A DNA stretch of 64,000 nt from Eubacteriales bacterium (GCA_045632405.1 JAZQWO010000029.1:17614-81613), one strand, 5' to 3'; positions 19,557 through 29,979 are shown, counted from the first letter of the stretch. Numbers and translations are program-made. The notes: generated by a model not told the origin, from the letters alone.

Positions 19557-20621
19557 ATGAGCAGATTTTTCAGCCAAAAATACAGTAGCCTTGTGCCATA
19601 TACCCCAGGGGAGCAGCCAAAGGATGTTCAGTATATAAAATTGAATACTAACGAATCTCCCTTCCCACCGTCAAAGAGCGTTCTTGAAGCGGTAGCGAAG
19701 GAGGCAAATTGCCTGCAGCTATATTCAGACCCGGAGTGCACTGCGCTACATCGTGCCATTGCAGAGCTATACGGTAAGGAGCCCTGTGAGGTTTTGGCAA
19801 CAAATGGCAGTGACGAAATTTTGAACTTTGCTTTTATGGCATTTTCGGACAAGGAAAGACCAATTGTTTTTCCTGACATTACATATGGCTTTTATCCTGT
19901 ATTTGCAGAGATAAACAACATTCCATATGAAACAATCCCCTTGAAAGAGGATTTTACCATAGATGTTAATGACTATATAGGAATAAACAAAAATATCGTT
20001 ATTGCAAACCCAAATGCCCCAACAGGCATTTGCTTGCCCCTTTGCGACATTGAAAGGATTGTCAAATCCAATCCCGATAACATTGTGATAATTGACGAAG
20101 CATATATTGACTTCGGTGGAGAAAGCGCAATTCCGTTGACGGAAAAATACGATAATATCATAGTTACAAGAACATTTTCCAAGTCATATTCTATGGCAGG
20201 CGCTCGCCTTGGCTTTGGTATTGCAGGTAAGAGCTTGATTGCAGATATGAACACAATTAAGTACTCCACAAACCCATATAACGTGAACAGAATGACACAG
20301 TGGGCGGGAGTTGGCGCAATCTCGGACAATGACTACTATATGGCAAACTGCAAAAAGATAATTGAAGCCCGTGAATATACAAAAAAAGCTCTTGAGGATT
20401 TAGGCTTTACTGTACTACCGTCATGTGCAAACTTCCTGTTTGCCAAGAGTGACAGCATTGACGGCGGCGAGCTTTACTTGGCGCTAAAGTCAAGAGGCAT
20501 ATTGGTGCGCCACTTTACAGGTGAGCGCATAAAGGACTTTAACAGAATTACCGTTGGCACAATGGAGCAAATGGAAATCCTATTAAAGGAAATTAAGAGC
20601 ATACTGGAGGAACAAAAATGA
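19557..20621 (+). CDS. hisC: Histidinol-phosphate aminotransferase
   Basis: YTPGEQP...IKLNTNESPFPPS and TFSKSYSMAGARLG (PLP lysine). Confidence 0.93.
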   Translation: MSRFFSQKYSSLVPYTPGEQPKDVQYIKLNTNESPFPPSKSVLEAVAKEANCLQLYSDPECTALHRAIAELYGKEPCEVLATNGSDEILNFAFMAFSDKERPIVFPDITYGFYPVFAEINNIPYETIPLKEDFTIDVNDYIGINKNIVIANPNAPTGICLPLCDIERIVKSNPDNIVIIDEAYIDFGGESAIPLTEKYDNIIVTRTFSKSYSMAGARLGFGIAGKSLIADMNTIKYSTNPYNVNRMTQWAGVGAISDNDYYMANCKKIIEAREYTKKALEDLGFTVLPSCANFLFAKSDSIDGGELYLALKSRGILVRHFTGERIKDFNRITVGTMEQMEILLKEIKSILEEQK

Positions 20622-21205
20622 GAGAGGCGAAAATTGTAAGAAAAACAAATGAAACCGACATTGAGCTTTACTTGTGTCTGGATGGCACAGGTAAGGGAAT
20701 TATAAATACAGGCTGCGGCTTTTTAGACCATATGCTCACCCTTTTCTCAAAGCATGGCAGATTTGACCTTGACGTTAAGTGCGTGGGAGATACACAGGTT
20801 GACTACCACCACACCGCTGAAGATATCGCTATATGCTTAGGCAAGGCGTTTTATGAAGCTATGGGGGACAAAAAGGGCATTGTTCGTTATGCAGACATTG
20901 TTTTGCCAATGGATGAAGCGCTCATTTTGTGTGCTCTTGATATTTCGGGCAGAGGTGGCTTATATTACAGTCTTGACATTCCCTCAGCCAAGGTTGGCGA
21001 TTTTGATACTGAGCTTTGTGAGGAATTTTTCCGCGCATTTGTTCGCGAGTGCGGAGTTACCTTGCATATCAGACAGCTTGCAGGCTCTAATTCACACCAC
21101 ATTATTGAAGGCACATACAAGGCGTGCGCCCGCGTGCTTGCAAAGGGTGTTTCCATTGACGAAAAATATAAGGACGAGATTCCATCTACCAAAGGGGTAA
21201 TTTAA
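20618..21205 (+). CDS. hisB: Imidazoleglycerol-phosphate dehydratase
   Basis: VRKTNETDIEL...GFLDHML...DYHHTAEDIAI. Confidence 0.95.
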   Translation: MREAKIVRKTNETDIELYLCLDGTGKGIINTGCGFLDHMLTLFSKHGRFDLDVKCVGDTQVDYHHTAEDIAICLGKAFYEAMGDKKGIVRYADIVLPMDEALILCALDISGRGGLYYSLDIPSAKVGDFDTELCEEFFRAFVRECGVTLHIRQLAGSNSHHIIEGTYKACARVLAKGVSIDEKYKDEIPSTKGVI

Positions 21206-21825
21206 TGATAGCCATAGTTGATTACGGTGTCGGCAATTTGTTCTCCTTGATTTCATCCTTCAAGTTTATTGGTGCTGAAATTGAGGTGACATCCGACCCG
21301 GACGTTATTCGAAAAAGTGACAAAATAATTTTGCCGGGTGTTGGCGCATTTGAGGATGCAAGACGCAAATTAAACGACACAGGTCTTGACAAAATTATAA
21401 TTGAAGAAGCAAAAAACGGTAAGCCCGTTATGGGTATTTGCTTAGGTATGCAAATGCTTTTTGAAAAGAGCTATGAGTACGGTGAGCACTGCGGCTTGGG
21501 TCTTTTGAAGGGAAGCGTTGTTCCTATGCAGGGTGTTATTTCCGCTGAGCTTAAAATTCCGCATATAGGCTACAATCCGTTGATTTTCAAAAAGCAATCC
21601 CCACTTTTCAAATACATAAAAGAGGGCGACTGTGTTTATTTTGTTCACTCATATTATGCAACAGACTGTGAGGACAGTGTAATTGCTACCGCCGAGTACG
21701 GAGAGGAGCTTACCGCCGCAGTTATGCAGGGCAACATTATGGGTTGCCAGTTCCACCCCGAAAAAAGCGGAGATGTGGGACTTAACATTTTAAGAGCTTT
21801 TTATGAAATGGAGGGAGTAAGATGA
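21205..21825 (+). CDS. hisH: Imidazole glycerol phosphate synthase, glutaminase subunit
   Basis: IAIVDYGVGNL...GICLGMQ...QFHPEKS. Confidence 0.95.
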   Translation: MIAIVDYGVGNLFSLISSFKFIGAEIEVTSDPDVIRKSDKIILPGVGAFEDARRKLNDTGLDKIIIEEAKNGKPVMGICLGMQMLFEKSYEYGEHCGLGLLKGSVVPMQGVISAELKIPHIGYNPLIFKKQSPLFKYIKEGDCVYFVHSYYATDCEDSVIATAEYGEELTAAVMQGNIMGCQFHPEKSGDVGLNILRAFYEMEGVR

Positions 21826-22535
21826 AAATTTTTCCTGCCATTGATTTGTATGATAAAAAGGCTGTAAGGCTTTTTAAGGGCGATTACGCTCAAATGACCG
21901 TCTATTCCGAAAATCCCATAGAGGTCGCCCGTGATTTTGAAAAATGCGGTGCGGAATTCATTCATATGGTGGATTTGGAGGGGGCGAAAAACGGCACAAC
22001 TCCAAACCTTCAGATAGTTAAGGAAATTGCAGAAAAGACAAGTCTTTTCGTGGAAATCGGCGGTGGAATTCGCTCAATGGAAACTGTAAAGACATATCTT
22101 GAAAATGGTGTTGGCAGAGTAATTCTCGGCACATCTGCCGTAACTGACGAAGCGTTTCTTCGTGAAGCCGTTGACACATACGGCGAAAAAATTGCAGTAG
22201 GCGCTGACGTTAAGGACGGCTATATCGCCATAAAGGGTTGGGTGGAAAAATCCCAATATTCCTTAGATGAGTTCCTTTCCAAAATGGAAAAAATCGGTGT
22301 TAAAACAGTTATCTGCACCGATATTTCCAAGGACGGAGCTATGAAGGGTACTAACTTAGAGCTATATAAGGCTCTTTCAGAAAAATACTCTCTTGATATA
22401 ATTGCATCAGGTGGAGTATCTACAATCGACGATATTAAAGCGCTATGCCAAATGAATATGTACGGTGCTATTATTGGCAAGGCATACTACACAGGCGCTA
22501 TTGATTTGAAGGAAGCTATCGAGGTGGCAAAATGA
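21822..22535 (+). CDS. hisA: ProFAR isomerase
   Basis: IFPAIDLYDKKAVRL...GGGIRS...SGGVS. Confidence 0.95.
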   Translation: MKIFPAIDLYDKKAVRLFKGDYAQMTVYSENPIEVARDFEKCGAEFIHMVDLEGAKNGTTPNLQIVKEIAEKTSLFVEIGGGIRSMETVKTYLENGVGRVILGTSAVTDEAFLREAVDTYGEKIAVGADVKDGYIAIKGWVEKSQYSLDEFLSKMEKIGVKTVICTDISKDGAMKGTNLELYKALSEKYSLDIIASGGVSTIDDIKALCQMNMYGAIIGKAYYTGAIDLKEAIEVAK

Positions 22536-23290
22536 TTACAAAAAGAATTATCCCCTGCCTTGATGTGCGCGCAGGCAGAGTTGTAAAGGGCACAAACTTT
22601 GAGGGTGTACGCGATGTTTCCTGTCCTGTGGAGCTTGCAAAATATTATTCCGCAAACGGCGCTGACGAGCTTGTGTTTTATGATATTACCGCATCCTTTG
22701 AGGAAAGAGCACTGTTTACCGACATTCTTAAAAGAGTTGCGGAAAACGTGTTTATTCCCCTGACAGTTGGCGGCGGCATCAACACCGTTGAGGACTTTGA
22801 CAGGGTTTTAAAATGCGGTGCGGACAAGGTTAGCGTAAACTCAGGTGCTATCAAAAATCCAATGCTCATTAAAGAAGCTGCTATGAGATACGGCAACCAA
22901 TGCGTTGTTATTTCCGCAGATATAAAGCGAGTTGACGGTGAATTTAAGGTCTTTGCCAAGGGTGGACGCGAAAACACAGGAATGGAAGCTATTTCCTGGA
23001 TTAAAAAATGCGTAGAGCTGGGAGCAGGTGAGGTTGTTGTCAACTCCATAGATACAGACGGTGTTAAGGGCGGCTTTGATATAGAGCTTTTGAAGCTTGT
23101 GTGCGAGGCGGTCAACGTGCCTGTTATCGCATCAGGCGGTGCCGGCAATATACAGCACTTTGTGGAGCTTTTTGAGGAAATCCCCAATATAGATGCAGGA
23201 CTTGCCGCATCAATCTTCCATTTTGGTGAGGTTGCCATTAAGGATTTGAAAAACGAGCTAAAGAAAAACAATATAAGGGTTAGGTTATAA
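22532..23290 (+). CDS. hisF: Imidazole glycerol phosphate synthase, cyclase subunit
   Basis: [15 protein letters not shown]...TVGGGI...ASGGAG. Confidence 0.96.
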   Translation: MITKRIIPCLDVRAGRVVKGTNFEGVRDVSCPVELAKYYSANGADELVFYDITASFEERALFTDILKRVAENVFIPLTVGGGINTVEDFDRVLKCGADKVSVNSGAIKNPMLIKEAAMRYGNQCVVISADIKRVDGEFKVFAKGGRENTGMEAISWIKKCVELGAGEVVVNSIDTDGVKGGFDIELLKLVCEAVNVPVIASGGAGNIQHFVELFEEIPNIDAGLAASIFHFGEVAIKDLKNELKKNNIRVRL

Positions 23291-23292
23291 AA

Positions 23293-23943
23293 ATGTTAGA
23301 CATTGAAAAATTGAAATTTGACGAAAACGGTTTGATTCCAGCAGTAGTTGTGGATGCCTTTTCCAAAAAGGTTTTGACCGTTGCATATATGAACAAGGAA
23401 AGCCTTAAAATCTCTATGGAAAAGGGGCTTACCTGCTTTTACAGCCGTTCAAGAAAGGAGCTTTGGCTCAAGGGTGAGACAAGCGGCAACTATCAGCACA
23501 TCGTTTCCATCACCGCAGACTGCGATATGGACGCATTGACAGTAGTTGTTGAAAAGGACGGTCCTGCTTGCCACACAGGCACAGATACCTGCTTTACAAA
23601 TGAGGTTTATCAAGCAGAGGACAGACACGAGTTCTGCATAGAGGGACTTTATGACCTGCTCGTTGGCAGAAAGGAAAATATGCCCGAGGGCTCATACACA
23701 ACATACCTTTTCCAAAAGGGAATTGACAAGATTCTCAAAAAGGTAGGCGAGGAGTGTACTGAGGTTATTATCGCAGGCAAGGCAGACGACAAAAAGGAAA
23801 CAATTTACGAAATTGCAGACCTTGCATACCACGTTATGGTTTTGATGGTGGAAATGGGCATCTCCGTTGAGGATATTCAAAAGGAGCTTGCATCACGTCA
23901 CATTATCGACCGCAAGGTTAAGCAGGAGAAAATGACAAAATGA
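23293..23943 (+). CDS. hisI: Bifunctional phosphoribosyl-AMP cyclohydrolase / phosphoribosyl-ATP pyrophosphatase
   Basis: The HisI part contains ...SRSR.ELW.KGETSGN...DCD.DAL; the HisE-like helical part follows. Confidence 0.93.
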   Translation: MLDIEKLKFDENGLIPAVVVDAFSKKVLTVAYMNKESLKISMEKGLTCFYSRSRKELWLKGETSGNYQHIVSITADCDMDALTVVVEKDGPACHTGTDTCFTNEVYQAEDRHEFCIEGLYDLLVGRKENMPEGSYTTYLFQKGIDKILKKVGEECTEVIIAGKADDKKETIYEIADLAYHVMVLMVEMGISVEDIQKELASRHIIDRKVKQEKMTK

Positions 23944-24731
23944 TGCTATCAAGCTATCACACTCATTCTACCTTCAGCGACGGCAAAAGCACCCTTGAGG
24001 AAATGGTACAGGCAGCAATTGCACAGGGCTGTCAGGAAATCGGCTTTTCCGACCACGCACCTATGATTTTTGATTGTGAGTGGAGCATCAAGGCAGAAAA
24101 ATTAGAAAGATATAAAAAAGAGGTTACCGCCTTAAAAGAAAAGTATAAGGATAAAATCAAGATATACTTGGGCATTGAGCAGGACTATTTTTCCGTGCCT
24201 GCCGAGGGCTATGACTATATCATCGGCTCTGTCCATTACGTTTTAAAGGACGGAGAATATCTTCCAAACGATTATAGCGCCGATACAATGAAGGAGTTTG
24301 TTGATAGATGCTACGGCGGCGACGTGTACGCATATTGTGAGGACTATTTTAAGCTGATTGGCGACATAGTGCGCGTGACTAACTGTCAAATTATCGGTCA
24401 CTTTGATATTGTCACAAAGTTTAACGAGCGCATGCCTATGATTGATACAAATCACCCTCGCTATGTAGCGGCGGTTGATAAGGCGCTTTCATCTCTCTTA
24501 GCAACCAATGCTATATTTGAAATCAATACAGGCGCAATTTCCCGCGGTTATAGGACAACACCTTACCCCGATGATTGCACCCTTGATAAAATAGCAAAAG
24601 GCGGAAAGCCCTTTGTTATAACCTCTGATACACACAACAAGGAAACCGTTACCTTCCACTTCACCGAGGAGCAAGCAAAGCTTGACGAAAAAGGATATCA
24701 CTATATAACATCTCTTGAAGAGATTTTGTGA
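23940..24731 (+). CDS. hisK: Histidinol-phosphatase, PHP family
   Basis: N-terminal [15 protein letters not shown] motif. Located last in the his operon. Confidence 0.85.
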   Translation: MMLSSYHTHSTFSDGKSTLEEMVQAAIAQGCQEIGFSDHAPMIFDCEWSIKAEKLERYKKEVTALKEKYKDKIKIYLGIEQDYFSVPAEGYDYIIGSVHYVLKDGEYLPNDYSADTMKEFVDRCYGGDVYAYCEDYFKLIGDIVRVTNCQIIGHFDIVTKFNERMPMIDTNHPRYVAAVDKALSSLLATNAIFEINTGAISRGYRTTPYPDDCTLDKIAKGGKPFVITSDTHNKETVTFHFTEEQAKLDEKGYHYITSLEEIL

Positions 24732-24743
24732 AAGGATAGAGCA

Positions 24744-25439
24744 ATGAAAGAAGGAACTAAAATAGCTTTGAGCTGTATTCTTATTACAATACTTGTATTA
24801 GCTATTTTATTTGGTGCTGTTGTCCTGTTTTTTGCCTGTGATACCGAAAATCATAGAAAATATTTCAAAAGCGTGGACTTCGTTTGCACTGCTGAAGAAT
24901 TTGAAGAAGAGTATTACCCCTTGTATTATGCCGAAATTCAAAGACTGAAGGAACAATACGGTCTTGAATATAAAGAGCATATTGACAAGGGAATGTCGGG
25001 TGACAAATCCTATAAGGTGGAAATGTATTTTTATTGTCAGGAGTACACCGTGAGAATATATATGAATGGCGGCGGAGCATATTCCACATACACAGCCGGT
25101 CTTTATTATTACGGAAGCAGTAATCTCCCCACAGACTATGAGGGCTGTGGAGATGCTGTAAATTTCTTGAACGACTTTACAAATTATGTAGCCTATGACG
25201 CAATAACCGAGAAAAACTGCTTCTCTGAATTGTTTGAGGAAGCAAAATCAGATGAAAATAAGTTTGCATCCGAGCATTTGCATTTTGATGATTTTATAGG
25301 AAATGTACAGTATATAGTTAACCTTAACCCGTCAAAGGATACAGGCGGCTATTACTATATGAAGGAATTCAATAAAGAGCTTGAAAAAGAGTGCTATTAT
25401 TTTGAATTCCACGGCATTTTAAAGGACATAAAACAATAA
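24744..25439 (+). CDS. Membrane-anchored hypothetical protein
   Basis: One N-terminal TM helix followed by a Tyr/Glu-rich soluble domain. Starts 12 nt after hisK. No family was recognised. Confidence 0.55.
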   Translation: MKEGTKIALSCILITILVLAILFGAVVLFFACDTENHRKYFKSVDFVCTAEEFEEEYYPLYYAEIQRLKEQYGLEYKEHIDKGMSGDKSYKVEMYFYCQEYTVRIYMNGGGAYSTYTAGLYYYGSSNLPTDYEGCGDAVNFLNDFTNYVAYDAITEKNCFSELFEEAKSDENKFASEHLHFDDFIGNVQYIVNLNPSKDTGGYYYMKEFNKELEKECYYFEFHGILKDIKQ

Positions 25440-25467
25440 AAAAATCCGCAAAAGCGGATTTTTTTAA
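25438..25467 (+). terminator. Rho-independent terminator ending the his transcription unit
   Basis: AAAAAATCCGC aaaa GCGGATTTTTTT. Confidence 0.85.
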
Positions 25468-25515
25468 TTGCCTTGTACTTAGGCAAGGAAAAGCATATAT
25501 CAACAAAGATGTGTA

Positions 25516-25567
25516 GGGGCAGCCCTCTCCAGTGGGAGAGGGTGGCGCGCCAAGCGCGACGGAAGAG
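25516..25567 (+). repeat. GC-rich REP-like palindromic unit (copy 1)
   Basis: CCCTCTCC agtg GGAGAGGG hairpin, CGCGC caa GCGCG hairpin and a purine tail ACGGAAGAG. The same architecture recurs at 27514-27626. Confidence 0.6.
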
Positions 25568-25620
25568 ATATTATTTGCGCTCCATATCTTTGATGAATTT
25601 ATTTGATGCGTATTTCGTTA

Positions 25621-27072
25621 TTACTCGATACTGCTTGAATTAAACACTACTGTATATTTACTTGCGTTCCATTGATCATCCCATTTGGGGTTTTCGCTAT
25701 TTCCGGCATAGTAAATTATAGCATCATTACGTAGCTTCCAAAATGCACCCTCGCCAACGTAATCAAGCTCATTTGGTAGAAAAATTTTGTGTAAATTCTT
25801 GCAATGAGAGAAGGCGTAATCATCAATATATATGACGCTGCTTGGTATAGTTATAATTTTAAGGGCGGCAGAACTATCAAAGGAATAATAGCCGATTTTT
25901 TCCAGCGTACCTGGCAGAGAGATTTCTTCTAATTTTGAGTTCTTATAAAATGCATAATTGCCTATTTCAGTAACTCCTTCATTAATCGCGAAGGAAACAT
26001 CACGTTTTCCGTCTGCGTACAGGACAAAAATTTTTCCATCCTTGCTAAAAATATGCCCGTCTACAGATTTATACTCTCGGTTGTTGGCGTCAACTGTATA
26101 TTCACTCAGAGAGGTGCACCCGATAAAAGAATAACCACGTATTTTACTCACGTTCTCAGAAATATAGAAGGAAGTGAGTGACGTGCATTCTCTAAAGGCA
26201 TAGTTTGGTATTTCCATAACCGTTTTTGGTATGGTAACAGATGTGAGACTTGCGCATCGGTCAAAGGCGCCAAATGTTAAATTTCCTGTTAAAACTACCT
26301 CGCGCAAAGATAGTGGAATATAATATTCCGCTACATAACTGGCATTTATATATGGGGAGGGGTAGGCTTGCTTTGCTAAATAAGTACTTTCAAAAAACTC
26401 TTTGCCAAAAATATAACCAAGTAACGCTTCTTTGCCTGTTGCGTCAGCACTTTTTCCTACGAAAGGAATAGTTATTTTCTGTAAATTACTACACCCCTTA
26501 AAAGCACCCTCTTCAATAGTAAGAATTGAGCTTGGAATATATATTTCAGAGAAATTACCGTTATTAAATGATGTAGCTCCAATATACTCCACGGGCAATC
26601 CCTCATATTTACTGGGAATAATAATGATATCATTTTGGCAGTTACCTAAGCTAACCTCGTATCCGGATTCACTTTTGTTCAAGGTAAACTCTAAATCTTC
26701 CGTAAAATATTTGATTCTACAATACTCGCACGTTCCGTCTACAAAGCTATGCTCATTTTTCGCAATTATCTCTTGCTCTACAAGAATCTTGTCACATAGG
26801 CTGCATCGTACACCCGCGGTTAAGCCCGTGCTTGAACACGAAGGGGTAACTGACTCTAGCAATATCTCAGTGTGTCCTGTGGGCTTAATGGCTTCTGTTT
26901 TTGAAAGCCCACAAAGGGAACAATGGGCGATTTTTGTGCCCATATCAACGCAGGTAGGAGCATTGATTGTTTCCCAATTTTTAAAATCATGATTACATTC
27001 TCCACAAGCGGTAAATAATAAAGATAGGCTTATAACAATGAAGCAAAGTATTAAAACAATTATATTTTTCAC
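25621..27072 (-). CDS. BspA-type leucine-rich-repeat lipoprotein with N-terminal Cys/His-rich repeats
   Basis: GTG start after AAGGAGGA. Signal peptide plus LLFTAC lipobox. Repeats of the type PxC...G.....CxxC.........GH. Then LRR_5-like repeats (AF..C..L..I.IP..V..I...AF). Confidence 0.8.
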   Translation of the reverse strand: MKNIIVLILCFIVISLSLLFTACGECNHDFKNWETINAPTCVDMGTKIAHCSLCGLSKTEAIKPTGHTEILLESVTPSCSSTGLTAGVRCSLCDKILVEQEIIAKNEHSFVDGTCEYCRIKYFTEDLEFTLNKSESGYEVSLGNCQNDIIIIPSKYEGLPVEYIGATSFNNGNFSEIYIPSSILTIEEGAFKGCSNLQKITIPFVGKSADATGKEALLGYIFGKEFFESTYLAKQAYPSPYINASYVAEYYIPLSLREVVLTGNLTFGAFDRCASLTSVTIPKTVMEIPNYAFRECTSLTSFYISENVSKIRGYSFIGCTSLSEYTVDANNREYKSVDGHIFSKDGKIFVLYADGKRDVSFAINEGVTEIGNYAFYKNSKLEEISLPGTLEKIGYYSFDSSAALKIITIPSSVIYIDDYAFSHCKNLHKIFLPNELDYVGEGAFWKLRNDAIIYYAGNSENPKWDDQWNASKYTVVFNSSSIE

Positions 27073-27191
27073 AAAGGATCCTCCTTAATATTAGTATCTA
27101 TATTATAGTACGAATATTTACTAAAGTCAACAGTAAAGTTATTTACTTGATATAATGAAACCACAAAATATTTTACGGAGTTGAGCAGCAT

Positions 27192-27377
27192 TTGTATTAT
27201 ATAAAACGCATTCGAGATTTACGTGAGGATCACGATAAAACTCAGCAGGAAATTGCCAGTATATTAGGAACCTCGCAAACTATGTATGCACGATATGAGC
27301 GTTGTGCTAATGAACTACCTATACATCATTTGATTAAGCTATGCAAATACTACAATGTGAGCGCAGACTATATTTAG
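27192..27377 (+). CDS. Short XRE-family helix-turn-helix protein
   Basis: IKRIRDLREDHDKTQQEIASILGTSQTMYARYE is an HTH_3-like sequence. TTG start with GGAG 12 nt upstream; 61 aa. Confidence 0.65.
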   Translation: MYYIKRIRDLREDHDKTQQEIASILGTSQTMYARYERCANELPIHHLIKLCKYYNVSADYI

Positions 27378-27513
27378 GAATAGATGAAAAATAGCCGCCA
27401 TTTAACAGGCGGTTATTTTTTTGTATAACGAATCCACATGACTATGTTGGGTTTCAAAATAGGTTAACGCATTAGGGCAGAAATATAGAAAAATTAATTT
27501 GGTAAAAAAATAA

Positions 27514-27626
27514 GGGACTAGTCCTCCATCAGAGAGGGAGGGGGAACGCTTGCGGTGGAAGGAGTTGACCGTAAATCTCTCCCCCAGTTTTCGCGAACGA
27601 AAACAGCTCCCTCGTCAGAGGGAGCC
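27514..27626. repeat. GC-rich REP/BIME-like element: two units in opposite orientation
   Basis: Forward unit 27523-27564 (...GAGAGGGAGGGGGAACGCTTGCGGTGGAAGGAG). Reverse unit 27577-27626 has hairpins GTTTTCG cgaa CGAAAAC and GCTCCCTC gtca GAGGGAGC. There is also a GGACTAGTCC palindrome. Confidence 0.6.
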
Positions 27627-27695
27627 GAAAATAATTTGTTCGTTTTGCAAGGAGTAGTGCCTGTGATGCTCTATTGATTGCACGGTGGTTATGAT

Positions 27696-29516
27696 TTATT
27701 TCTTTTCAGTAGTATAGGTAAGTGGCATAGAATATTCACGTTCGTAGATTTCACGCCATACCTTAAAGTTTTGCTTCGCCATATATTCCATATTTTCGCG
27801 CGTTGTTCGGCTAGGATCGGGATAAATAGGCTCGCCTATGTGGATTGTATATTCTTGCACATAGTAGCCGTTTGGCAAAAAGTTTTCATCTACGTCAAAA
27901 TCCTTGATTTCGCGGCGCAAATCCTCGCCAAGTATATCTGAGTCCTTCATAGTAATAAAGCAAGGAAGCACAGGAACGTTGTTTTTAACTGCGAACTTGT
28001 AAGCACCGGGCTTTAATGGGCGCGGCTTGCGGTAATTCCACCACATAGCCTGCTCAGGATAAAACAGTACAAAGTTACCTTGCTTTAAAAGTGTGTTTGT
28101 AGCCTCGGTAAACTTTACCATAGTTTTCAAGTTAGAGGACAGTGGCAGAGTATAGTAATGACGCATAAGCTCACCGAAAAATCCGGGGAAGGATGTGTAA
28201 TTGCCCTCGCGTATAACACGATAGAATTTGCCCTTTTTCTTTGCGGCATGGTAAGCCTCTTGAATTGCAAAGCTATCAAAGGCGTTGAAGTGATTACAGG
28301 TTACAATAGCACCCGTATTTAAATTTTGCCAATTTTCAGCACCCTTAATATCCTTGATAATCATTATCTTTTTGTCAAGAATAGTCTTTAAGAAAACCTT
28401 CGCCTTCTGGTGTGCAATCTTTGTTTTAATTTTTGCCATAAGACTGCGCCTTAAATAGTCAATTTCGTCAGGCATTATCATTCTTGATGGCGGGTCAGCT
28501 TCAACATCCTCATCAAATCTGCCGTCGCGCTCATATCGTTCGATTTTGCGGGTCAGCTCAACCCTGTACGGTGAACGCTTTGTTTCGTCAAGCTTGTGCT
28601 GATAATTGTCCTTCTTGTTGGTTTCTGTAATGGCAAGCTCTAATAGCTGCTCACCTGAAATGCGGTCCTTTTCCCTTTGCTCGTCGGTATAAGCTTCAAG
28701 CTCTGCTTGCAAAATGTCGTAAACAGAGGTTTCCTTGGCATATTCCCAAAAGATATCTGCACCGCGGCACTGGTGATAGTGCCAAGGCTTGTTTGCCATG
28801 ATGTAGTGTAGAATATATGCGGATTTTATGTCATATTTGTAGCTTAAATTCTCGGGCAGCTCTGTATTCCATTTTTGGTCGAGCCAATATACATGGTCCT
28901 TGCAAATAAGGTTGAGATAATCCTCGTCCTGTGTAACCACAAAATCATATTCCCACAGTAAGTGAATAAATTTCTTTAACACCTGCTTTTCACGGAACAC
29001 GTGGCAGTTGATAAGCATAACGCCCGCATTGAAAAAATTGTGCCTTGAAACACCAACAACACGCTCGGCATAAGTGCCGTAAGCGTCTATTTGTACCATT
29101 GCCTGCTCGTGACAAGCGCCAATGTAGTTGTCATCAATATCGGTTTCATAAAGCTTTGAAATGTCACCCTGTACAATAGTGTCGCTGTCAATATAGATAG
29201 CCTTTGAATATTGAGGGAACATTTCAGCTATGAAAAATCTGTAATAAGTTGTCTTGGAGTAATAATGACGGATAGGGAGCTCCTTGCTGATGGTGCTGAG
29301 CATATCGCTTACATCTACGAAATTAATTTCAAATTGCACATTTTCCAGCTCTGATAGCTTTTCCTTCATTTCATTACCGATAGAAGTGTTTAAAACATAA
29401 ACCTTGTATTGATGGTCCTTTGAAGCGTTTTTGATAATAGAGCTAAGTGAAACAATGGTGTATTTTACAAAGGCATCGTCGCAAGCGTAGAATATAGGTA
29501 TAATTTTGTTGCTCAT
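27696..29516 (-). CDS. Fusion protein: N-terminal GT8 glycosyltransferase and C-terminal PlsC/LPLAT-type acyltransferase
   Basis: N-terminus IPIFYACDDAFVKYTIVSLSSII...YIDSDTIV (GT8 DxD-type). C-terminal half has NHFNAFD (HX4D) and EGN..S blocks. ATG at 29516 follows AGGAGA. Confidence 0.75.
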   Translation of the reverse strand: MSNKIIPIFYACDDAFVKYTIVSLSSIIKNASKDHQYKVYVLNTSIGNEMKEKLSELENVQFEINFVDVSDMLSTISKELPIRHYYSKTTYYRFFIAEMFPQYSKAIYIDSDTIVQGDISKLYETDIDDNYIGACHEQAMVQIDAYGTYAERVVGVSRHNFFNAGVMLINCHVFREKQVLKKFIHLLWEYDFVVTQDEDYLNLICKDHVYWLDQKWNTELPENLSYKYDIKSAYILHYIMANKPWHYHQCRGADIFWEYAKETSVYDILQAELEAYTDEQREKDRISGEQLLELAITETNKKDNYQHKLDETKRSPYRVELTRKIERYERDGRFDEDVEADPPSRMIMPDEIDYLRRSLMAKIKTKIAHQKAKVFLKTILDKKIMIIKDIKGAENWQNLNTGAIVTCNHFNAFDSFAIQEAYHAAKKKGKFYRVIREGNYTSFPGFFGELMRHYYTLPLSSNLKTMVKFTEATNTLLKQGNFVLFYPEQAMWWNYRKPRPLKPGAYKFAVKNNVPVLPCFITMKDSDILGEDLRREIKDFDVDENFLPNGYYVQEYTIHIGEPIYPDPSRTTRENMEYMAKQNFKVWREIYEREYSMPLTYTTEKK

Positions 29517-29979
29517 TGTAATTCTCCTGTGGTAGTTTGAAATATGCATGCTTTGATTTCAAAAGCACGTCGCACACTTGTTATCTAAAACACAAGTATG
29601 ACCTGTTAATAGATTTTCTGAATTGTAATGATAGCGCTCAAATGCCACATTTTAAATGCAGCGTGATCTTGCCGAGCGGTAATAGATACATTGTCAGGGG
29701 AGACGGTTGTAATCTTGTCATATACACTCGGCAAGCGTTTAACACGCGGATTTATGTGGCTGATGATGTCGCACATAGCCTGAGGTGGAGAAGCGAAATG
29801 CAAAATAGTATTTTTGCAGCAATACTAAATGCAGCCTTTCCGTATCAAGCAAATAAATTGTATCAAATTAACGAACAAAAGTAAAGGACGAAAGGCGCGT
29901 TTGCTCTCTCTCATTTTTTCTACACCTTGATAAATAGTAGAATTGGCATTCCACAAATAGTAGAATGTGCTAAAAGCCC

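Noticed and set aside
29537-29884. 115-aa plus-strand ORF in the GT8 upstream region
   Set aside because: There is no Shine-Dalgarno sequence before the ATG. The composition is Cys/His/Phe-rich and untypical of the neighbouring genes. The ORF lies antisense within the probable 5' UTR of the GT8 fusion gene.
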